Shown here: one piece after another, positions 58,301-64,000 of the stretch | Layout of the letters: each line of letters begins with the position of its first letter | Numbering within the stretch: the first letter of the stretch is position 1 | The notes under the pieces: model-generated | The model's input: the letters and a program-made list of their open reading frames with translations, nothing else | Database searches by the model: none | What the model was told of the DNA's origin: nothing | DNA from: an uncultured Alphaproteobacteria bacterium | Lineage (GTDB): Bacteria > Pseudomonadota > Alphaproteobacteria > CAAHEQ01 > UBA3637 | Reading direction: 5' to 3' | Length of the DNA: 64,000 nucleotides | Assembly: GCA_944391735.1 (NCBI GenBank) | Contig: CALXUR010000005.1 | Coordinates: forward strand, 6,428-70,427 | Translations under genes and position numbers: made by a program

Positions 58301-58788
58301 ATATCAACCAAGCCGCCCCGAACAGCAAACTCACCAACCTCCATAACCGTATCAGCGGCATGGTAACCGTTTCGAATCAAAAAATCCTTTAATGTATCAA
58401 AAGGCAACGTCTTGCCGGTTTCCACTTCCAAAACAGCGTTTTTAAAAAAATCAGGTGGCGGAACCATTTGAATCAAGGCCGAAGCCGTTGTCAAAACAAG
58501 CAAGGGTCGATCAAAAGAACATCGTGTTAAATTGACAAGCGTATCAATACGTTGTCCGACAATTTCGGAACGCGGTGCCGTTCGATCATACGGAACCGTG
58601 TCCCAGGTCGGAAAAATAAGTGTCGGAATCTCGGGGGTCATCATAGACAAAATATCCCGCAAAAAAGTCAGCCGGTTTTCGTTGGGCGCAACAACAAGTA
58701 ATACTTTATTTTCCTTTATTAACCTTTTGAAAACAAAAGGTTCAAATCCAGATGGAACACCCGACAAGCGTATTAAAGAATGATTCAT
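55372..58788 (-). CDS. mfd: Transcription-repair coupling factor
   Basis: CGDVGFGKTE, VDEEQHFG, TATPIPR, QLRGRVGR, HDLDIRGAG. Confidence 0.97.
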   Translation of the reverse strand: MNHSLIRLSGVPSGFEPFVFKRLIKENKVLLVVAPNENRLTFLRDILSMMTPEIPTLIFPTWDTVPYDRTAPRSEIVGQRIDTLVNLTRCSFDRPLLVLTTASALIQMVPPPDFFKNAVLEVETGKTLPFDTLKDFLIRNGYHAADTVMEVGEFAVRGGLVDIFPGGIEQPVRIDFFGDEVDSVRSFNPMTQRTTGTSDRVVLKPMSEFVLTEASISRFRSQYRLLFDKKENDPFYESVSEGRYVQGLEHFLPLFHERLVPFWTYLPTAIVVLDFQTPDAFVSRQEQILEYYEARRQALVDNTTFGTVYQPVPPELFFINNNQIDDFISSRKTFYISPFVEANGQDEGGRPGHDFVDVRVQDKQDVFDAVADFIRRDKRRVILSASTPGSSQRIAGLMRDRNLPLFAADHFGEALKEAPSILTAPFEKGFSTDRFIVITETDMLGDRIIRAPKKRKNTDFIADLSTLNPGDLVVHQTHGIGRFSALIPLQIAGAAHDCLCIEYDGGDKLFVPVENADVLSRYGNAEHVALDKLGGAAFAVRKERVKKDLFAMAEQLIGIASQRALNHTERILPPHGLYQEFCARFPYSETDDQMRSIQEIEMDLAAGKPMDRLVCGDVGFGKTEVAMRAAFLAVMSGYQVAVIVPTTLLARQHTQNFIERFQGFPVRIAGLSRLVSHADTQKIHEEMKRGTVDIVVGTHALLAKGIQFKNLGLVIVDEEQHFGVAHKERLKELKQGVHVLTLTATPIPRTLQLSLAGVRELSVIATPPVDRLAVKTFVTPFDPVIIKEAILREHFRGGQTFFVCPRISDMTEVADILSKIVPDIRVVQAHGQMAPGKLENIMTAFADKKYDVLLATSIIESGLDMPSVNTMIVYRADMFGLAALYQLRGRVGRGKLRAYAYLTTPPRQRLSDTAQKRLTVMQSLDSLGAGFALASHDLDIRGAGNLLGQEQSGHIREVGVALYQKMLADAIQTLRRRGTGEKEVVAEDYSPQISVGLPVLIPDTYVADLDVRMRLYHRIGDMTELSEIDSLKAELIDRFGEYPVEVDNLLMTVELKILAKSVNIERLEAGPKGASIAFHNNTFPNPAGLIAYISSQMGTIRIRPDQKLIVMRPWEKVTDRLTGIRNIIKKLSEIVSAS

Positions 58789-58797
58789 TTTTTTTAC

Positions 58798-60165
58798 CTA
58801 AAAAAAGCTGATCCCGACAGAAAACAGGCGTTCGGCGTCTTGAACATGTCCACGTTCAACAAACAGAAAAACAATATCTTTTTCCTTAACCATAAGATCC
58901 TTATTCGGAAGCATAAATAAATCACCCCGCAAAACACCTCCGACAACAACACCTTCCGGAATTTTGATTTTGCCGAGGTTGTTTTTGGTTATACGGGATG
59001 TTTTTAATGCCTCAATTTCCAAAATCTCACCAATACCGGATTGAATAAAATAATCATCCTTGACACGCCCTTTACGCAAATACTGTAAAATAGAAGAAAC
59101 CATAACGGCGTTCGGATCAATCGTCGTATCAATTCCCAACCCGGACAACACGTTATTATATAACGGATTGTGAATTAAAGCGCATGTTCTTTCTATACCG
59201 GCACGTTTAGAAATCAATGATAACAAAATGTTGCTTTCATCCGAATTGGTTGTAGCAATGCCGATTTTATAGTTTTTTAAATTCAGTTCGTCAACCAAAG
59301 CATCATCCAAAGCATCCCCGTTAATCACCAATGTCGACTCCAACTTTTCTGCCAAAAAACGAGCGCGTTCATCATCTTTTTCCACCAGTGTCACATCACG
59401 AGACACCGCATCACACTCTAACTGTTTAGCTAATTGAAACCCGACTTTACCTCCCCCGTAAATCACAATATAACGTGGCGGCAGACTGGCATACCCGAAA
59501 ACATCCAAAATACGCGTCAGATGAGAAGCGTCTGCCAAAAAGTAAACATCGTCACCGGATTTCACCGTAACATTATCTAAAGACATCAATTGAAACCGTC
59601 GCTTGACAGCCACGATTTGAACATTCGCATCCTGAACCATTGATCGTATTTCGGCAATGGTTTTTCCGGCCAGTGGAGATGTTTTCCGACATCTGAGCCC
59701 GATAAATTTGACCAGACCGCCCCCCATACTTGTCATATCCACGGATCCGGAAACCGTCAGATTATCAACAATCCGGCAAGCTGTTTCAACTTCGGGGGAT
59801 AACACAACTTCAACCGCCATAGATTCCAAAAAAGTTTTATACTTTGATGATAAATATTCGGAAGATGAAATACGGGCGATTCTTTTTGAAATATGAAACA
59901 AGGAATTCGCAATGCCGCAGGACACAATATTCGTTTCGTCATTGCCCGTCACGGCCAAAAACACATCTGCATGATCGGCCCCCGCTCTATCCAAAACGGA
60001 TGGTGATGAAGATGACCCGACAACTGTTTGAATATCCAGTTGTTCACTTAAGCTCCCCAGTTTATCGGCATCTTTATCTATCAGAACGATTTCATCATCT
60101 TCCGCACGCAAATATTTAGCCAACGCAACACCGACCTCGCCTGCCCCGGCAATAATAACTTTCAT
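58798..60165 (-). CDS. trkA: Trk potassium uptake NAD-binding subunit
   Basis: Two RCK domains (GAGEVG; YGGGKVG). Confidence 0.93.
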   Translation of the reverse strand: MKVIIAGAGEVGVALAKYLRAEDDEIVLIDKDADKLGSLSEQLDIQTVVGSSSSPSVLDRAGADHADVFLAVTGNDETNIVSCGIANSLFHISKRIARISSSEYLSSKYKTFLESMAVEVVLSPEVETACRIVDNLTVSGSVDMTSMGGGLVKFIGLRCRKTSPLAGKTIAEIRSMVQDANVQIVAVKRRFQLMSLDNVTVKSGDDVYFLADASHLTRILDVFGYASLPPRYIVIYGGGKVGFQLAKQLECDAVSRDVTLVEKDDERARFLAEKLESTLVINGDALDDALVDELNLKNYKIGIATTNSDESNILLSLISKRAGIERTCALIHNPLYNNVLSGLGIDTTIDPNAVMVSSILQYLRKGRVKDDYFIQSGIGEILEIEALKTSRITKNNLGKIKIPEGVVVGGVLRGDLFMLPNKDLMVKEKDIVFLFVERGHVQDAERLFSVGISFF

Positions 60166-61076
60166 TCTTCCCCCTTAAAAAAAGCACATACCATTTCTTT
60201 TACCCGATCCACGTTTTCTTCAGAATACACGCTTTGACAAAATTCCGCAACACCTTTTTTGCCACGCGCATACCACGCCAAATGTTTTCGTGCTACGAAA
60301 ATACCATGCGCACCATAATATTCTAATAACAGATCCAAATGCCGACAGATCAACGCCGCTTTCGGAACTGTCAAAGAAACGCCTTTTTCGATTTCCGACA
60401 AAATCCAGGGACGCCCCAAAGCACCGCGTCCGACCATAACACCATCAGCTCCCGTAACAGATAACGCTTTTTCGGCAGAAGCCCGATCCACAACATCGCC
60501 ATTCACAAAAACGGGAACAGACACGGATTCCCGGACGGCGCGAATAATATCCCATCGGACACATCCGCTATATCCCTGCTCTTTCGTGCGACCGTGAACC
60601 GTTATTTTTTGAACACCTGCCCGAACTAAAGTTTTGGCAAAAGAGACAGCATTGATATGCGCATCATCCCAACCGATACGCATCTTGGCCGAAACAGGAA
60701 CGGTGACAGCATTTGCAACTGCCTCAATTAAGTGCGCCGCCGTATCCGGAGAGTTTAACAACGCCGCGCCGCTACCGTTTGTAATAAGTTTTTTAACCGG
60801 GCACCCCATGTTAATGTCCACACCGACGGCTCCGACCGCTTCGGCGGCTTGTGCAGCATAAACCATGGCATCCCGATTGATACCGACCAGTTGGACAATA
60901 ATATTCGTTTCATCCCGAATATCCATCATTTTACGTGTCGCCGGATGATTTCGACGCAAAGATTCCACCCCGATCATTTCAGTTGTCAACGTTTGATTCC
61001 CGAATGACCGCACAATACGCCGAAAAGGCTTATCCGTCACACCGGCCATAGGTGCCAATACAACCGGTTGCCTCAT
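60162..61076 (-). CDS. dusB: tRNA-dihydrouridine synthase
   Basis: LAPMAGVTD, DINMGCP, HGRT, NGDV, MVGRGALGRPW. Confidence 0.9.
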   Translation of the reverse strand: MRQPVVLAPMAGVTDKPFRRIVRSFGNQTLTTEMIGVESLRRNHPATRKMMDIRDETNIIVQLVGINRDAMVYAAQAAEAVGAVGVDINMGCPVKKLITNGSGAALLNSPDTAAHLIEAVANAVTVPVSAKMRIGWDDAHINAVSFAKTLVRAGVQKITVHGRTKEQGYSGCVRWDIIRAVRESVSVPVFVNGDVVDRASAEKALSVTGADGVMVGRGALGRPWILSEIEKGVSLTVPKAALICRHLDLLLEYYGAHGIFVARKHLAWYARGKKGVAEFCQSVYSEENVDRVKEMVCAFFKGEE

Positions 61077-61642
61077 ATAGTGCCCCCTTTCAACCGATTC
61101 AATCGCTCTAAATCAGGTGAAACCCGCGTTAAGTCCGGTTCGTCAGGGAACATCTGACGCATAGCCTTTTCCATCCATTCCGCCGCTTCAGCATATTGTT
61201 TCCGTCCTTCTAACAGATGGGACATTTGTATCTGGGCCGGAACATACCCCTGTTCCGCGGCATGACGATACCAAAATAAAGATTGATCCGCATCTGTTTT
61301 GACCCATTTATTATCGGCGTAAATCTGTCCCAATTTCATACAAGATTCTACATGTTTTTGCTCGGCGGCCTTTTTATAATAAGAAAGGGCTTTCTTTAAA
61401 TCCCGCGGGACCAATTTGCCTTGCTCATAAATTTGGGCAACCAAAAACTGACTCTCCGGATCTCCATAAGAGGCTACCTTGCCATGCCATGCCAAATCCC
61501 AATACGGATCGACATACTCCTCCGCATCAAGAACAGGAGCCCCCTTCAACAATGTCAGATCCGATTTCAAAACCTGAGCAACCGTCGGGACACTCTGAAT
61601 ACAAAAACAAAGCAATGCCGTATAAAATACTTTCTTTTTCAT
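61073..61642 (-). CDS. Sel1-like repeat protein
   Basis: SQFLVAQIYEQG..AAEQ, WYRHAAEQGYVPAQ. Confidence 0.8.
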   Translation of the reverse strand: MKKKVFYTALLCFCIQSVPTVAQVLKSDLTLLKGAPVLDAEEYVDPYWDLAWHGKVASYGDPESQFLVAQIYEQGKLVPRDLKKALSYYKKAAEQKHVESCMKLGQIYADNKWVKTDADQSLFWYRHAAEQGYVPAQIQMSHLLEGRKQYAEAAEWMEKAMRQMFPDEPDLTRVSPDLERLNRLKGGTI

Positions 61643-61686
61643 GGGAATTATGATATATCAGATTTTATTCAAAAAGGAAAGAGTAA

Positions 61687-63018
61687 ATGACACAACATGT
61701 GACAATTATCGGTGCGGGTCTGGCCGGAAGTGAAGCAGCCTATCAACTGTTAAAACGTGGCTTTAACGTGCATATGATTGAAATGCGGCCGAATAAATTA
61801 ACCCCTGCCCATACAACCGCTTTGTTTGGCGAATTGGTCTGTTCAAACTCTCTGCGTTCGGATGACGCGGACACAAACGCTGTCGGATTGATGCATCAGG
61901 AAATGCGCCGGTGCGATTCTTTGATTATGAAATGTGCCGACGCCAATGCCGTTCCGGCCGGCGGGGCATTGGCCGTCAATCGTGAAGGATTTGCCCGACA
62001 GATAACGGAAACACTGCTATCTTTCCCCGGTTTTAAACTGGATATTCAAGAGGCCGATTTTCCCGAACAAACCGACACGCCCGTCATTATTGCAACCGGA
62101 CCGCTCACCTCGGATAAAATGGCAACCGGGCTCAGGGAAATCACACAAACGGACGCGCTTCATTTTTTTGACGCGATTGCACCGATTGTTTACACGGATT
62201 CGGTTGATATGACGAAAGCCTGGTATCAATCCCGATATGATAAAGGGGACGGAACGGATTATTTAAATTGTCCGTTGTCAAAGCAAGAATACAATGATTT
62301 TATCGATGCCCTTTTGTCCGGCGAAAAAGTTCAATTTCACGAATGGGAAAAGGATACACCCTATTTCGAAGGATGCCTGCCGGTTGAAGTCATGGCGGAG
62401 CGCGGTCGCCAAACGTTGTTATTCGGCCCGATGAAGCCGGTTGGTTTATCGAACCCGCATGAAGACGGGCGTCGTCCGTTCGCCGTTGTTCAACTTCGAA
62501 AAGAAAACAAACAAGGCACACTTATGAATTTGGTCGGTTTTCAAACAAAGTTGACCTATGGTGCCCAAAAACAAGTTTTCAGGATGATCCCCGCCCTGGC
62601 AAACGCCGAATTTGCTCGGTTGGGCGGCATTCATCGCAACACCTTTGTGTGCGGACCGAAAGTATTAAACGGAAAATTAGAATTAAAAGGACAGCCTAAC
62701 ATTCGTTTGGCCGGACAATTAACCGGATGCGAAGGGTATATTGAAAGTGCAAGCATCGGCCTTTTGGCAGGATTATTTACAGCTTTGCCCGATCTGCCAC
62801 CGCCGCCGGCCGAAACGGCTTTAGGCGCTATGTTGCGTCATATCACGATTGAAGCCGAAGAAACGTTATTTCAACCCATGAATATCAATTTCGGTCTTTT
62901 TCCGGAAATAGAAGCTTTTGATGAGCGTGGCAAAAAAGTAAAAGGTGCCGATCGAAAAAAACGGTATACGGAACGAGCCCGTCAAGCTTTGACAAAGTGG
63001 CTTCAACAAATTAAATAA
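61687..63018 (+). CDS. trmFO: Folate/FAD-dependent tRNA (uracil-54) methyltransferase
   Basis: IGAGLAGSEAA, ELVCSNS, GLAVDR-like, NLVGFQT, GCEGY.ESA, PMNINFG. Confidence 0.95.
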   Translation: MTQHVTIIGAGLAGSEAAYQLLKRGFNVHMIEMRPNKLTPAHTTALFGELVCSNSLRSDDADTNAVGLMHQEMRRCDSLIMKCADANAVPAGGALAVNREGFARQITETLLSFPGFKLDIQEADFPEQTDTPVIIATGPLTSDKMATGLREITQTDALHFFDAIAPIVYTDSVDMTKAWYQSRYDKGDGTDYLNCPLSKQEYNDFIDALLSGEKVQFHEWEKDTPYFEGCLPVEVMAERGRQTLLFGPMKPVGLSNPHEDGRRPFAVVQLRKENKQGTLMNLVGFQTKLTYGAQKQVFRMIPALANAEFARLGGIHRNTFVCGPKVLNGKLELKGQPNIRLAGQLTGCEGYIESASIGLLAGLFTALPDLPPPPAETALGAMLRHITIEAEETLFQPMNINFGLFPEIEAFDERGKKVKGADRKKRYTERARQALTKWLQQIK

Positions 63019-63133
63019 AAAGACGTAGAAACGCCTTTTTATTTTTTTAATATTTCCAAACAAATCCGAATAATGCCCGATAATCCGGCTTAATACTGTT
63101 TATAACAGGAACCCTTTATTTTATTTAAAAATA

Positions 63134-63409
63134 TTAAATTGTTCGTTCACGATACTTTCCGGATAAAATCCGATTAGGTTGAGAACGCGCAATAACCCGT
63201 CGATACAGTTTTGGGTGAAAACGCCGCATACATTTCCAAAAAACATTAAAGGTTTCCATATCATCGCCTTTTTTGGCAATATCGGGAACCGTTTGTCCAC
63301 AACCATCCTTGCAAAAGGGTTGCGCCCCCAAAGCCATTAATTCAAAAACCTTATCGGAATCTTTCCAATAGGCTGCACGAATCATTTGTTCTTCCAATGT
63401 TTTTTTCAT
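63134..63409 (-). CDS. Small hypothetical protein with one ankyrin-like repeat
   Basis: MIRAAYW...LMALGA.PFCKD.CGQT..DIA pattern; 91 aa. Confidence 0.45.
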   Translation of the reverse strand: MKKTLEEQMIRAAYWKDSDKVFELMALGAQPFCKDGCGQTVPDIAKKGDDMETFNVFWKCMRRFHPKLYRRVIARSQPNRILSGKYRERTI

Positions 63410-63471
63410 ACCTTTAAATTCCTTTCAATGATGAAAGAATATCATAGAATTATTTTTTTGTCAACAAATAT

Positions 63472-63957
63472 TTAATCTTCTATAGGCTCCGACAAATCCG
63501 GTTGTATTTCTTCCAAAGAGTCAATTTCTATTTTTTGTTTTTGAACGACGGGAACTGCCACCGGCACAATTTGTTCCCACTCCTTTTGAATCGGCGTATC
63601 CGATAAACATTCCAAGACCCAGATGTCGTAAATCGGATGTTCCATGGCGGACAAAGCGGGATTTGAGGAAAACATCCACCCGTTAAACACAACTTCATAC
63701 GCCTCATCTTTGTTTTTTTCTTCAATTATCAAAAAAGCGGCGTTTTCGGGTGTTTCTTCCGGCGGTTTTTTCAAACATTTTTGAGCCGTTATTTTTAAAT
63801 TACCGAAAAAAGCCGGCTCACCGATATGTGTTTCAAGCGTGCTTGTCCGCCCCGTTACTTTGTCGACACCACGCAACAATACTTTGGATGCATCAATATC
63901 CGCGCCATACACAGAAACGGAAACCAACATTCCAATCAGCAGAAAAAAAAGCCTCAT
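63472..63957 (-). CDS. DUF2155 family protein
   Basis: LRGVDKVTGR, FGNL.I....C, FNGWMFSSNPALSAMEHPIYDIWV..C. Start at MRLF. Confidence 0.85.
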   Translation of the reverse strand: MRLFFLLIGMLVSVSVYGADIDASKVLLRGVDKVTGRTSTLETHIGEPAFFGNLKITAQKCLKKPPEETPENAAFLIIEEKNKDEAYEVVFNGWMFSSNPALSAMEHPIYDIWVLECLSDTPIQKEWEQIVPVAVPVVQKQKIEIDSLEEIQPDLSEPIED

Positions 63958-64000
63958 CAAAAACCTACTTTGTTGACAGGAAAATAAATTCAGAAACATT

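Overview
Chromosomal window from an Alphaproteobacterium, probably an uncultured gut-type lineage (inferred from plsY-dprA-topA, hfq-hflX, ppdK, trmFO, DUF2155 and Cys-rich pilin-like genes). Bases 1 to ~7950 are the right arm of a prophage, all on the minus strand. In transcription order it holds a small ORF, DUF2924, a large serine recombinase, a sigma-like regulator, a hypothetical protein, a replication-initiator-like gene, a DUF6362-like gene, a promoter/terminator pair, a divergent MetK-like SAM synthetase, a lambda-like cos site, a ParB-N6/N4 DNA methyltransferase and a truncated small ORF. The element ends next to a tRNA-Pro 3'-end fragment. The strongest observation is that the phage metK-like gene has a SAM-II/SAM-V-like riboswitch candidate over its Shine-Dalgarno and sits across cos from a SAM-consuming methyltransferase. 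A second member of the same divergent MetK clade (~60% identical by manual alignment) lies outside the prophage, behind a MATE gene. Bases 8.3-15 kb are accessory: a ferritin-like protein, a GNAT, a convergent UDP-xylose pair (uxs/ugd) and a four-gene HAD / HD-HD / HExxH (frameshifted at an A8 tract) / NDT-like-NUDIX operon. The rest is mostly housekeeping: pip, ABC-F, hflX, hfq, malQ-glgX-glgB, ppdK, ppiD-like, topA, dprA, plsY, recJ, glgA-ddh, a chromate transporter pair, proS, mfd, trkA, dusB and trmFO, plus two type IV pilin-like adhesins. No CRISPR array, rRNA or intact tRNA was seen. All family assignments come from motif recognition by eye; no database searches were run.
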